From: Octopus vulgaris
Lineage: Eukaryota
Reading direction: 5' to 3'
Length of the DNA stretch: 124,000 nucleotides
Assembly: GCA_951406725.2 (NCBI GenBank)
Contig: OX597823.1
Coordinates: 38,212,001-38,336,000 of the forward strand
Program-made: the position numbers and the translations under genes
The notes under the pieces: generated by a model
The model's database searches: none
Told to the model about the DNA's origin: nothing
Seen by the model: only the letters and a program-made list of their open reading frames with translations
Part shown: piece by piece, positions 71,902 to 85,307 of the stretch
Layout: each line of letters starts with the position of its first letter
Numbering within the stretch: the stretch's first letter is position 1

Positions 71902-71902
<1 letters not shown>
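71021..71902 (+). mobile_element. Internally deleted mariner, sister copy of 64569-65822
   Basis: Same 5' TIR and the same truncation of the 3' TIR at CATTATTTATGGGATG followed by (TAG)n. Confidence 0.85.
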
Positions 71903-71945
<43 letters not shown>

Positions 71946-72439
71946 TCAGAGATTTAAGAGTAAAGTAAATTTACTGTTTAAATTCATTTTATCATGTCAA
72001 GTAATATTGAGGATGAGGAAAATCTTTGACGAGATGAAATCACCAGGTTTTATATGTAACTCTCCGTTCTTATAGGGGAGGTGGGGGTGATCACTTTTAC
72101 CAATGAATTCTTGTCATTAATTGTTGTTAGACTTTATTTCCTTGACCTGAATACACAATTTTATTACATGTGTATGTGTGCATGCATATGAATGTGTGTA
72201 TGTTTATTATTATGTCTGCTTACAAGTATACCAAGTATTGTATACATGCATACATATGAATATATACATACATATATACATAAACATTTGTGTGTGTGTA
72301 TACACAGACATGCAGGAAGTAAATAAACATCTTTAATTTTCAAAATTTCTGATCTAAGCATCTTAATATGTTTTCAGAGGCATAGAATTTACAATGTAAT
72401 TATTCTTTTTCATTCCAGGTGCCATTATATTAAACATTT

Positions 72440-72715
72440 GCGAAGAGTAACCATGCCATGCACAAAAAAATTCAGCAGAACTGTCAGATTTTGAAAGAGG
72501 TCATATTGTTGGGCAGTATGAGGCTGGTCTTAGCCAGCAAAAAATTGCCGAAAATCTTCAAAGTAAAAGAATCAACAGTTTCTCGTCCTGGCTGACCTGG
72601 GCCCTCAGAAAGGAAGCTTCGCTGTTTGAAGAGAATTGTGGAAAACAAACCCCGTTTGAAGGTTTATGACATTGCAAAACAGCTAGAAGTTAGCCACCGC
72701 TGCACCCATATCTAA
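72440..72715 (+). mobile_element. Tc1 5' fragment (family of 104270-105260)
   Basis: ELSDFERGHIVGQYEAGLSQQKIAENL. Confidence 0.65.
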
Positions 72716-72749
72716 ATATATGTCTTATATATGTTTGTATATTTATGTG

Positions 72750-72805
<56 letters not shown>

Positions 72806-72821
72806 TATAGGTCATTATATA

Positions 72822-74069
72822 CTGGGTTGGACAAAATAATGGAAACAAACGAATTTATTTTAATATGGGATAGGACTGCCTTTGGCAGTAATTACAGCTT
72901 GAATTCTATGAGGTATGACTTGTACAAAGTTTGAATTGTTTCCAAAGGAATTTTTGTCCATTCTTTAGCTAGAACAGTCTCCAATTCTTGTAGTGATGAT
73001 GATGGAGGATATCGACTCTTTACTTGTTTTTCTATATTGCACCATAAATGTTCAATAATATTGAGATCTGGGAACTGTGGTAGCCAGATAAGATGTTCAA
73101 CTTCACTAGAATGTTCCTCATGCCATTCAGTAACAACTTAAGCTGTGTGAATTAGTGAATTATCATCCTGAAAGATTGCATTTCCCTCCGGAAACAGTTC
73201 TACAACCATAGGATGAATTTGATCAGATAAAATGCTTAAATAGTCCTAACTATTAATTCTGCCACTGGGCCAGCGGATTTATAAGATATAGATACCCCAC
73301 CCGGTCATCACAGATCCTCCTCCATGTTTAACAGTTGGAAGAAGGCTGTGTGGGTCAAATGCTTCTTTTGGCTGTCTCCTCACGTATACTCAACTGGTGG
73401 TCAGAAATAAGGTAAAGGATGATTTATCCAAGAAAATAACATTCTTCCACTGCTCTAGGGACCAATTCTGTAGGTTCTTACTCCAGTCTAAATGCTTTGC
73501 AATGTTTGTTTTTGAAAGTAGTGGTTTTGTGATTGTAGCCCTCCTGTGAAATCCAGCTTTGTGCAGCTATCAGCAAACAGTTTTTGTGGAAACTGGGTTC
73601 TCATGCTGGTCATTAAGCTTTGCAGTAATTTTGGGAGCTGTACTTTTGTGATCCTTTCTAACAATTAGCGTAATGATCTGACGTTTCCTATCTAAAAGTT
73701 TTGGTTTTCTTCTGGAGTTTTGTTTCAACGATGAGGCGTTTCCCTCTTTCTCAAAGGCTGTCATTACTTTTGAGACAGTACTTCTTGATACACCAAACAT
73801 TTCGGCTATTTTCGTTATACTAGTGCCTGCCATATGAGCACCAACAATTTGACCTCTTTGAAAGTCCAATAGAACTGTCATTTTAAAGAATTTTAATCAC
73901 CTTTTTCTGATGATATCTGAAAGGAAACAGCAATTTTAACAACACTTATTAAGCAACACTAATAATAAATCAAAAATATAAAAATAAACAAGCTTTTGAC
74001 AGTTTTATAGATACTTTAAAATTATGATGCTATGATGCTAGGTGTTTCTATTATTTTGTTTAACTCCTG
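72822..74069 (-). mobile_element. Near full-length Tc1 element with TIRs and TA TSD
   Basis: TIRs CTGGGTTGGACAAAATAATGGAAAC and GTTTCTATTATTTTGTTTAACTCCTG. LLDFQRGQIVGAHMAG HTH. DDE region has stops. Confidence 0.9.
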
Positions 74070-75069
74070 TATATATGCACACACACATATATGGACACAT
74101 TTACACCCAGGCATGATGATGAGAAGTATAAAAAAAACATATTATAGATATTTATATATTAATAGATCAAACTTACACAGAGTACAAACAGAAAAATATA
74201 GGGTAGGAGATAAGGTGTTACAGGTCCTAAAGAGTTTGTGGAGGGCTTTCTTGGTGCGTTCAACAGAACGTCGAGATAGACCAGTGGCTATCATCCCTTT
74301 AGAGCCCTCCAGAGAGGCATGGCTGTATAGTTAAGATGGTTGTTTTCCAACCATATGGTTTTGAATTCAGTCCCATTGTGGGGCAACTTGAGGAAGTGTC
74401 TTCTACTATAGCCCTGGGCGAATTAAAGCCTTGTGCATGGTTTTGGTAGGTGGAAACTTAAGGAAGCCTGTCATATGTATATATATCTATGTGTGTGTGT
74501 CTGTATTCGCCCCCCCCCCCTCATCACCACTTGACAACTGGTGTTGGTGTGTTTATGTCCCCAAAACTTAGCAGTTCAGCAAAAGAGACCAATAGAATAA
74601 GTACCAGGCTTAAAAAAAAATAAGTACTGGTGTTGATTCATTTGACTGAAAATTCAAGGCAGTGCCCCAGCATGGCCACAGTCTAATGACTGAAACAGGT
74701 AAAAGATAAAAGATAAAAGATACATACACACACCCCCACCTACAAAGACACACACACATATATAAATATGTATGTACATGTGTATGCATGCATATGTGTG
74801 TGTTTGTTTTCTCCATGTCTTGATACTGTGTGAAAGTTGTAAATGAGCATCACTATCATACAAGCAGTGTCCTTAATTTTTAATTTCCTGTAAAAACATG
74901 TCAGGCCAGTGAGGGTTGGTGACAAGAAGAGCATCCAACCATAGAAAATCCACCTCAATGATTTCCCTTCGGCTTATGCAAGCATGGAAAAGTAGACATT
75001 GAAATGATAATGATGATGATGATGACAATGATGATGAAGATGAATACGATGATAAATATGATGATGAAT

Positions 75070-75126
<57 letters not shown>

Positions 75127-75209
75127 CTATATTTATAACAACAAAAAAATTTGTGAGTAGTTTCTTAGTTTATTTAAAGACAAACATAAATGGTCTTTAA
75201 ATAAATAAT

Positions 75210-76050
75210 CCTAGTTTATATCTTGTGCTGGAAGTCACTTAAAGATTGATTTTGTAGTATTAGACTTAAAAGTTTAAGATGTAAAGAGTTTGTATGTGCA
75301 TGTGTGTGTGTGTGCGTGCGTGTGTGTGTGTGTGTGAATTCTTCACTGTACTCGTTGCCAACCCTCACCTTACTGACAGCATCTCTGTACATGGCTTGTA
75401 TAGCTCTCACTAACCATTCATCTATCCCTAGTTTCCACATTGACCACAAGATAAAGGATTGGGAGACCCAGTCATAGGCTTTCTCCATGTCAGTGAAAGC
75501 TAGGTACAGAGGTTTATCTTTGGCTAGGTATTTCTCCTGCAGCTGTCTTACCAGAAATATAGCATCAGTGGTGCTTTTCCCCGGCACAAACCCAAACTGC
75601 ATCTCATCTCGACTGACTTTCTCCCTACTTAGTTGGGCTATGACACTCTCCGTGACTTTCATTACCTGATCCAATAACTTGATACCTCAGTAATTATTTG
75701 TATCTAATAATGCATCATCTTTACCTTTGTATCAGTTGACTATGGTGCTGCTACACCAGTCATTGGGTATGACTCCTTCATGTACCACCTCACTGACTAT
75801 ACGGGTGACTAGACTATAGCTGACACCACCAGATATTTTTAGCATCTCTGCGATGATTCCTGATGGGCCGGGGGCTTTCCCTGTTTTCATATTCTTAATT
75901 GCTTTATCTACCAATGTACTGTCAATTCAGATAGCTGGTCTTGCTGTTGGGTCAACATTCAGAAAACTCTTTCTCCCATTCATTCTCTTCATACACATTC
76001 TCACAATTTTACACACACACAAATACACATAATGGGAATGTATACAAAAT
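75210..76050 (-). mobile_element. RTE LINE RT fragment
   Basis: KTGKAPGPSGIIAEMLK; DEMQFGFVPGKSTTDAIFLVRQLQEKY. Confidence 0.85.
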
Positions 76051-76619
76051 TATATGCAGCTTCAAATTCAAATGAATATAAACAGATTTATTAATGTACA
76101 AGAAGACACAGCTTGGAATTTACCCTCATCATCATCATTTAACATCCGTTTCCATGCTGACATAGATCGGACAGTTTGACAGTGACAGGCAATTCAGAAG
76201 ATGGCACCAGGATTCACTGTCAAGGTGAGGGGATCAGAATATAAATGGGATAGTAGAGATAAATAGTAGAGAGGTGCCAGGGCATACCCTCAAGGTATGA
76301 GGATTATAATATAAATGGGATGGTAGAGTATTGCCAATAGTGCATGAATAGGGAGTAGGGACTTCACATGAGTGCAAAGAGTGTGGAGGTGGGGAATGCA
76401 GTGACTGGTGAAATATGGGTGTCTAGAAAAGGTGGGGGGACAACTGTACATCAATGAAACAGTAAGCAGGTCAGTGAAGACAGGATTAGGGAGTTGGGGA
76501 GCAATGTAGAGAATGCAGAGAAGGAGAGTCTGCCAAATGTAGACTCAACTGAGGGATCAGCTATCCAAATCAACGGTAGCTTGGTAGATAAAATAATTTA
76601 GGATATGAAGGCAGAGAAA

Positions 76620-78437
76620 GCCTGTGGTCACTTAAATTTTCACTGCTGAGATACTTAAAATATCTGGTGGAGTGGGATATGGCTTAATCACCTATATAGC
76701 TAATCAGGCTGTCCATGAGGGAGTCATACCCAACGATGAGTGTAGCAGCATTATAATCAGCTGCTACTAAAGCAAAGGTGATGCTTTAGACAGAAATTAC
76801 TGCAGAGGCATCAAATTGCTGGACTAAGTGATGAAAGTTACAGAGAGGGTCATAGCTCAATTAATTAGGAAGAAAGTTGGCGTAGATGAGATGCAGTTTG
76901 GATTTTTGCCAGGTAGAAGCACAATTGATGTTATATTCGTGGTTAGGCAACTGCAGGAGAAGTATTTAGTCCAAAATAAAACTCTGTACTTGGCTTTTGT
77001 TGACATGGAGAAAGTCTTTCACAGGGTCCCCCCACTCCCTAACTGGTGGTCAGTGCAGAAGCTAGGGATAGATGAATGGTTGGTGAGGGCTGCACAAGTC
77101 ATGTACAGGAATGCTGCCAGTAAAGTGAAGGTTGGCAACAAGTATAGCAATGAATTCAGTGTACAGGTAGGAGTTCACCAAGGTTCAGTTCTCAGCTCCC
77201 TCTTATTTATTTTAGTTCTCCAGGCCTTAACAGAGGAATTCAATACTGACTGCCCTTGGAAGCTTCTCTATGCTGATAACCTTGTTCTTACAGGCGAATC
77301 ACCACCTTACCTAAAAAAGACTCCGCCGGTTACGACGACGAGGGTCCCAGCTGATACGATCAACGGAACAGCTTGCTCGTGAAATTAACGTGCAAATGGC
77401 TGAGCATTCCACAGACATGTGTACCCTTAACGTAGTTCTCGGGGATAATCAGCGTGACACAGAGAGTGACAAGGCTGACCCTTTGAAATACAAGTACAAC
77501 TCATTTTTGCCAGCTGAGTGGACTGGAGCAACGTGAAATAAAGTGTCTTGCTCAAGGACACAACGCGTCGCCGGGAATCGAACTCACAATCTTACGATCA
77601 TGAGCCGAATGCCCTAACCACTAAGCCACGCGCCCTCACTTCCACCTTACCTAGAGAAGAAATTTCAGGCATGGAAACATGGTCTGGAATCAAAGAGCGT
77701 CAGAGTTAATTCAGCAAAAACAAAAGCCCTAGTAAGTAGGAAAACAGACAAATCTCAAGTCCCTTCAGAGAGAAGGTGCTGTTTGATATGTAAAAACTCC
77801 TTACTTTGTACCCAGTGCTAGCTTTGGACACATAAGAGGTGTAGCAGTATCACAGGAAGGTTAATAGAGTAAATAGTCTTTGTGTGTGGCAGATGTGTGG
77901 GTACAATAAGCACAAATAATGTGCAGACAATAGACTCCCTCAAATGCTTAGGGTTATCATTAGAAGTAGTAGAAAGCCTATTTTACCTAGGTGATCAATT
78001 TAGCAGTGGAAGAGGTAGTTCTGAAAATGTAGTTGCTAGAATAAGAATGGGCTGGGCAAAGTTTAGAGAGGTTCTACCTTTGTTGGTAACTAAAGGCCTC
78101 TCCCTCAGAGTGAAAGGCAGATTGCATGATGCCTCTGTATGCACAGCCATGGGTTTTGACTCCAGAGGTGTTGTAAGGGCTTGAAAGAAATGAAGCTAGT
78201 ATGGGTAATGAAGCTGGATGGGTAATGTCTGTGTGTATGCATGATAGAGTGTAAATGATTTAAGAGGAAAACTGTGTACAAGAGCCATCAGATGTATGCA
78301 AGAGAGAAGACTGCACTGGTTTGGTCATGTGATGCATATGGATGTGGACAGCTGTGTAAAGAAGTGCTGAGCTCTAATTGTGGAGGGAATTTGTGGAAGT
78401 GGTAAACTAAGGAAGACATGGGATGAAGTCGTGAGAA
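76620..78437 (+). mobile_element. RTE LINE RT to 3' region
   Basis: VGVHQGSVLSSLLF...LLYADNL, PHD-like segment, RIRMGWAKFREVLPLL. Confidence 0.85.
77314..77641 (-). mobile_element. Young tRNA-derived SINE (family D) with a 12-bp TSD inside the RTE element
   Basis: CCACCTTACCTA at 77302 and 77642. A box GGCTTAGTGGTTAG and B box GAGTTCGATTCCC. Removing it restores ESPPYLEKKFQAW. Confidence 0.9.
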
Positions 78438-78639
78438 ATATATATATATATATATATTTATCAATATAGGGTAGCAAAAAAATTCAAGAAAAAATTCAAG
78501 AAAAATTTTCTGCAACCAGCGGTCAAGTGAGAAAATAGAAATAGTCACAAACTATATAATATATTCAACAAAATATTAAGGAAAGACCCTTACAGGTCGT
78601 TCGACTCACTTGAAAAGAGCAGTCGCCTTTTCTTTTGGG

Positions 78640-78736
78640 ACTTTGCTGATGAAACAAACCAATCGTAAACGGATTTAATTTAATTTAATTAAGTTCGATT
78701 GCGTTAAAATTGTTGAAACCTTGCAGGGTACAAAGT
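78640..78736 (+). ncRNA. Type I hammerhead ribozyme with extended stem II
   Basis: ACTTTG-CTGATGA-AACAA…CAATCG…CGATTG…TTGTT-GAAA-CCTTGCAGG-GTA-CAAAGT. Confidence 0.85.
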
Positions 78737-79131
78737 TGGAAAAGGATAAATGTTTTTATTTCTCCTTTAGCTTTCAGAATTACTACTATTTTTGCGGTTT
78801 GAGTTTTGGCTGCTCTTTGCAAGTGAGTTGAACGACCTGTAAGGGTCTTTCCTTAATATTTTGTTGAATATATTATATAGTCTGTGACTATTTCTATTTT
78901 CTCACTTGACCGCTGGTTGCAGAAAATTTTTCTTGAATTTTTTCTTGAATTTTTTTGCTACCCTATATTGATAAATTAATAATTTTTGACTAATTCTGAA
79001 ATTGTATCAGCAGTTTATATTTGCTGCTGAGTAGTTGGCGCGGTTACGTTAGATTTCGAAAAATTAGGATATATATACTCGGGGCTTCAGTGGTATAGCC
79101 TCGTGTGTATATGTTCGCCTTTTCTTTTGGG

Positions 79132-79228
79132 ACTTTGCTGATGAAACAAACCAATCGTAAACGGATTTAATTTAATTTAATTAAGTTCGATTGCGTAAAA
79201 ATTGTTGAAACTTTGCAGGGTACAAAGT
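79132..79228 (+). ncRNA. Type I hammerhead ribozyme, second tandem copy
   Basis: Same fold as 78640-78736. Stem III ACTTTGCAGGGT carries one extra G-U pair. Confidence 0.8.
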
Positions 79229-79275
79229 TGGAAAAGGATAAATGTTTTTATTTCTCCTTTAGCTTTCAGAATTAC

Positions 79276-79360
<85 letters not shown>

Positions 79361-79840
79361 TATACATACATTCACGCTCACACATACACACACATATACA
79401 TGACCAGTGCCCAGTTTCTATTTTTCTTCCTTTATCTCTTCCTTTCTTACACTGGTCCCTTAGCTGACCAGTCGCAAATTCTCTATCTCTCAGTTCTACA
79501 TCCTTCAAGACATTTTCTAAATGTTACTCACTATTCCCGTCATATTTTGTTTGACTGTTTGTCCTCATCCACCATTCTAAATCACACTCTGTGTTGTTTT
79601 GCTTGGTTTGTTTTGTTTTGTTTGATCTTGTCCATAATTCTCCACAAGAAAAAAATTTTTTGTGGGTGCCACCAATTGGGAAGCACTCAGTCTTATCATT
79701 AACGGAACGAAACAGATCAGTACCAATTGGTCAGTAACTGATGAAGAATTATTGACCTTCTGTTTGTCTTCTGTTCGTTTTTACATTCAGTATATGTTAC
79801 ATTGTTTGTTTATACATTTTTAATTTACACATATATATAT

Positions 79841-81004
79841 CAGGTCATCCCATAACTTCTGTCTGATTTTACCTTTTTAAAAATTGACTGAAATTTAATA
79901 GTATTTTAGAATGTCTAATGGAATTAAAAATTATTTTTATGCATTTGTATATATTTAAACTAATTAAATATTATTTTATACGATAATAGAATTAAAATTT
80001 CTTTGATTAAAACCCTTTCTAGTATGGAAGTATCCAAAGAGCATTTGAGGTACATAATGATTTATGAGTACAAAAAAGGAAACTCTGCAGCTGAAGCAAC
80101 TCAAAACATACACTCAGTTTATGGGAAAGAATGCTTGAATGAAAGAACTTGCAGAAGATGGTTTGCAAAATTCAGAAGTGGAGATTTCAGCTTTGAAGAT
80201 GAAGATCGAACAGGACATCCAGGAAGAAAATCCTGCATTATCAGTTGAAGAGTTGGCTTGCAACAACTTGAAAAGGTTCCTAAACTTGGAAAATGAATTG
80301 TCCGAAAGCAACTACAAATCCCGAATTGACATCTGCTCTTCTCTCCATTCTCGCGAACTCATTTTTGGATAGATTTGTGATTGGTGACAACAAATGGATC
80401 TTCTATCGAAATGTGAAACATCATAAACACTTGCTTGGTAAAAGGGAAAAAGCTCAACCACAACCGAGAAGGGAACTTCATGGAAAAAAGGTTCTTCTCT
80501 CTATCTGGTGGGATTGCAAAGGAGTAATTCACTTTGAATTGTTACCACCTAAAGCAACAATCAATGCTCAAGTCTACTGTCAGCAATTAGAGCATTTGAA
80601 CCAAGCTTTGAAGAAAAAAAGACCTGCTTTAGTGAATTGAAAAGAAGTAATGTTTCTTCAGGACAATGTGCAACCCCACACTGCAAAAATCACATCACAG
80701 AAGATCGAAAAGCTTATTTTCCCGACCTTGTTCCTTCAGACTGCCATTTGTTTCATAGTTTACAGAATCATTTGGGGTACATAACTTTCGAAAGCCAGGA
80801 GGAGGTTGATACTAACATTTCAGAGTTCTTCACTTTGAAAGCAAAAGAGTTTTACATTGATGGGATTAAAAAGCTTGTAAATAGATGAAAGGAAGTCATA
80901 GATAATCAGGGAAAGTACACTGATGATTAAATTTCAATTAAATATAACATTTGATCACTTGTTTTCTTTATTCGAAATTCGGACAGAACTTATGGGATGG
81001 CCTG
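79841..81004 (+). mobile_element. mariner with both TIRs and an internal deletion (5' sister fragment at 93590-93921 -)
   Basis: TIR CAGGTCATCCCATAACTTCTGTC. EHLRYIMIYEYKKG, VIGDNKWIFY, KVLLSIWWDCKG, FLQDNVQPH. Confidence 0.9.
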
Positions 81005-84000
81005 ATATATATACATAGACACAGGAGTGGCTGTGTGGTAAGTAGCTTGTTCACCAACCACATAGTTCTGGGTTCAGTCCCACTGTCTGGCACCTTGGGC
81101 AAGTGTCTTCTACTATAGCCTCGGGCTGACCAAAGCCTTGTGAGTGGATTTGGTAGACGGAAACTGAAAGTAGCCTGGCGTATTTATATATGTGTATATG
81201 TATATGTTTATGTGTATGTGTGAATAGTATGTTCAGGAGTGTTCTGGTTGTCTTAAAGGACCCCATCATCATCCTTATCATCATCATGGTCATTGTCATC
81301 ATCATCACTACCACCACCACCACAATCACCACAACCTCCATTACCATCATCATTGTTGTCATCGTCGTCGTCATCATCATCATCATCATCATCATCACTG
81401 CTGCTGCCACCACCACCACTATCACCAACATCGCCTTGTTGTCACCACTGCCACCATCACCACCATCATCCTTGTTGGCATTGGTATTGTTAGCATCATC
81501 ATCACTATTGCCTTTAGTACCTTCATTTCTCCCTTTAAACAGTTCCCACATGTTGCTGCATGTGTAATGCAGTTTATACCTCAGCTGTCCCAATAATAAC
81601 ACTACGTACATGTACAATGGCAGCAGTGATATTCTGTTTAAAGCAATCAGTCAGTCACTCTACACTCTGTGGAGGACAGTGAAAAAGTTGGTTTAGTATC
81701 TATTGATCTACTAATGAGTAAGTAATAAATATTAAAATACGGTCTTACTTGTTACTCCTTTTTATTGATTTATTTACTTACCACATTGCTCTAATTAGTT
81801 TTGGTATTCCTTCAATGAGAAGGAAAAATTTTCTAGGATAAGAGTCAACAAATGAGATTGTAAGAAGGAATAAAATAAAAGTATGGAATAAAAAGCAAAT
81901 TTCATTAATCTTCAGAGTTGCAGTGGAACTGTGTGTGCTATTGACCAGGTTGTAGTTATGTAACAAAAATTTTGACACTTGATAAAATAATTTGAATTTT
82001 AAAATGAATTTAATAGCTTTCTGTGTTATTTAAATGGTTCATCCAAGATATAGTTGCTCCAATTTTAACATACAATCTCCAGTCAAGTCATTTGCTACAC
82101 AAATACAACTCTGAAATATGTGTGAATGCATGTGTAGTGTGTGTGGTGTATGTGTGCAAATATGTGTGTGTGTGTATGCACCCATATTTTACATTGTCCT
82201 CACCCCACCCCAAGCACTTAATCATCATCCCATCTCCACCATCATACATTTTCTCATGCTCCATGTATTATGCCTGCCTCTCTCTGCTCCACTCCACTCT
82301 TGAAACCTACCCAACCATTTGTCCTCACTCTCCCTCCCTTCCTCTCTCTCTCTCTCACCTTCCCTCTGTTTACTGCATCATCATAACTCTTTTACTGCGC
82401 TTCATCCCATCATCATTGGTACCTCCTGCTTTATACCCATCATTCACTACATCCACACTTCAACCCTACTCACTCTTCCCTACTTTCCTTACTTATCATC
82501 CACTCAGCACCTGTTCTTCATAATATCCACCTCCTTCAGGTGGCGAGCTGGCAGAATCATTAGCACATTGAGCAAAATGCTTAGCAGTATTTCGTTCATC
82601 TTTATGTTCTGAGCTCAAACTTCACCCCGGTTAACTTTGCCTTTCATCCTTCTGGGGTCGATAAAATAAGTACCAGTTGAGTACTGGAGTCAATGTAATC
82701 AACTAGCCCCTCCCCTGAAATTGTTGGCCTTGTTCCAAAATTTGAAACCAATATTCACCTCCTCATCATTTCCCATCTCTCATTATTTCATACACTCTGG
82801 CAACCTTCCCTCATTCACTTCTACTCACCTTGTTGTATGTTGAGGGTCTACATAACTGTCTCATCACCATTATTCCTATTTCTTTCCTCCTCCACTATGA
82901 TTAACCCACTTCACCCTCTCTTCTAAAATGTAAGTAGCCATGTGTTTGCTCTACACCAAGAAAGCTGTTCTGCTCTGGGCCTCTTCTCTCATCTTTAACC
83001 CTTCATCTCTTAGCATAAAGCCGTATCTCCACAGAGTTATAGTCTTCTTGCAAGCTGCATGGTAACCTCACTGAGGATGGTGGCATGAAAAAAAAGCACC
83101 TGGTATACATTTATGTTCCAAAGGTCATCCAGCTGTAGAAACCATACCAAAGTAGACAATGGATAATGATGCAGTCCTCAGATCTTGTCAAACTCTCTAA
83201 TTCATACCAGCATGGAACAAGAGTGTTAAATGATGATGATGATGATGACAATGACGATGATACTGATGATATCTATCCATGCACACACACACACAAATAT
83301 ATATGCATAAATACATGTGTGTGTGTATTAGCTTTTTTTCCTGTTTGTTCCAACTTCATTCAGTCTAATTTTCTTTCATTTCTCCTGCTTAATTTTATAA
83401 CATTATTCTTTGTTTAATCATTTGAAACTAAACCCAACTCATTTCTGATACATCATTTCAACAAACATAAACTTGACTCACTCCTCACGAATAAATTAGT
83501 ATAATACCCTGAGATGGTTTTAAGCCCCACTACTAGAAGTTGGTGGTTGGGGTAGTGAGATATGATATTCTAACTTTGTCTTAGTTGTTCTATTTGTAAT
83601 TTAACTCCAGCTTAATTGTAACCAGCTAGGTTCACTCCATCTTTGGTTGCATTATTCAGAATATTCTTTTCTTCTGGTCAGTTGTGCTGGAAGGAGATTT
83701 TGTTGCTATTTTTTGGTATATCTTTGGTTTCTTTTTTTGTTTAAGCCTTTTGTTATCATATTCTTATTAAAATAAATTGCCTATGTTTCAGTTGGGTTTG
83801 AAAATAACAAAGAATTTAGGGAAATAACTTTTGTCATTATTAAGCTGGTGTTTGGAACATAAATGAATATGAAATTTGATGGGAAGTTTTAATTTAGACC
83901 AATTTAAAACAGGAAGTTTGGACTATAGAACCAGGGGTTCTATGATACAGGCTTCTTGGACAATTTGGTATCAAAAGGATGGTAGGTTGTGTTGGAGGGG

Positions 84001-84339
84001 GATTTTGCTGCTATTTCCAGCAACATAATCGACCACAAAGGGACTCCCTTGTGTTTTCATTGTGATTCTTCTTAATAGCATAATCTTCACCAATGCCATT
84101 ATCTAAGTTTCTTTGATCTTTAGCATTTCTTTGCAACAAAATAAGCCATGGAAGTGAAAAATGGGAAGTAAATGTAAAATACATTTCTAGAAGAGATGAT
84201 GGAGGATTTATTTGACTGATTCATTGAATATAGGAATTTGAATCTCAGAGTCAGACAGATTGAGTGGGGGAGGGTTGGGAAAGAGAGTATGGGTAATAAG
84301 TTTTGGGAAGTATATTAGAAAAGTAGCAGCTTGGTAGCT

Positions 84340-84360
84340 AGCTACAAAGATAGATAGATC

Positions 84361-84435
<75 letters not shown>

Positions 84436-84461
84436 GGACGGACGGACAAGTGGACAGATGA

Positions 84462-84523
<62 letters not shown>

Positions 84524-84524
84524 G

Positions 84525-84570
<46 letters not shown>
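84340..84570. repeat. (GATA/GACA)n microsatellite
   Basis: Direct reading. Confidence 0.95.
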
Positions 84571-85229
84571 CAGAGAGAGATAGCAAAGGAAAGAGGAGAG
84601 AGAGAGAAAAGAGAAAGAGTCAGCTATGAAGACTTGAGTTTGTAATAAGACAAATTATACATATTATCTATTACAAAAAGGTTATGAAATATTTAAGTAA
84701 ATTTCATAGCAAAGTTTCATGTAGAAGAATCAGCCCCTTGGAAAATGTGACAAAATCTTCCTGATATAGCTTTTGTTATGCTGACGATGGGGAAGATAGG
84801 TGGGAGGTAGGCTTCCAAGAGGGGATCACTTCATATAGTTATTAGATCTAGTAATAAGGTGTTCCATAAGTAGATGAGAGTAGCAAAACAATTCTATGGT
84901 TGCTACTGTTGTTGTTGTTCTTGTTGCTGTTGTCACTGTTGTTGTTTTACTCCAAGTTGACCCTGGTTAAACAGAACTATGCCCAAAAGCATTCTCCTTT
85001 TATGGTTTTTCAGGGTCAGCATCATCCAATGCATTCTTTGTTTTTAAAAGCAGAATGTAATTTGAAAATGATTTAGCTGTTGTTTCTAGCAACAACCTTA
85101 CTGGCTCCCTGCTTTCCAGAGAGGTGTAACAAAAATACATTTTTTTGTTTTAGTTTTGTTAAAAGTTATAAGCAGAGAGAGAGAGAGAATGAAAGAGAGA
85201 AAGTGAGAGAGAGAGAGAGAAAGGGGGAA

Positions 85230-85307
<78 letters not shown>

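Larger units (their letters stand above)
78456..79280 (+). mobile_element. Non-coding two-HHR retroelement (retrozyme/pLTR-like) with a 5' inversion, between (TA)n tracts
   Basis: DR 78623-78787/79115-79280 (492-bp period). IR 78456-78622/78810-78976. Confidence 0.85.

Noticed and set aside
77560-77641. tRNA-like sequence with A and B boxes
   Set aside because: It is the head of a SINE with a TSD. No complete cloverleaf was supported, so no tRNA gene is called here or at other SINE heads.
79700-79760. GAAAC…GTA…CTGATGA arrangement suggestive of a type III hammerhead
   Set aside because: I could not form stems I and II.
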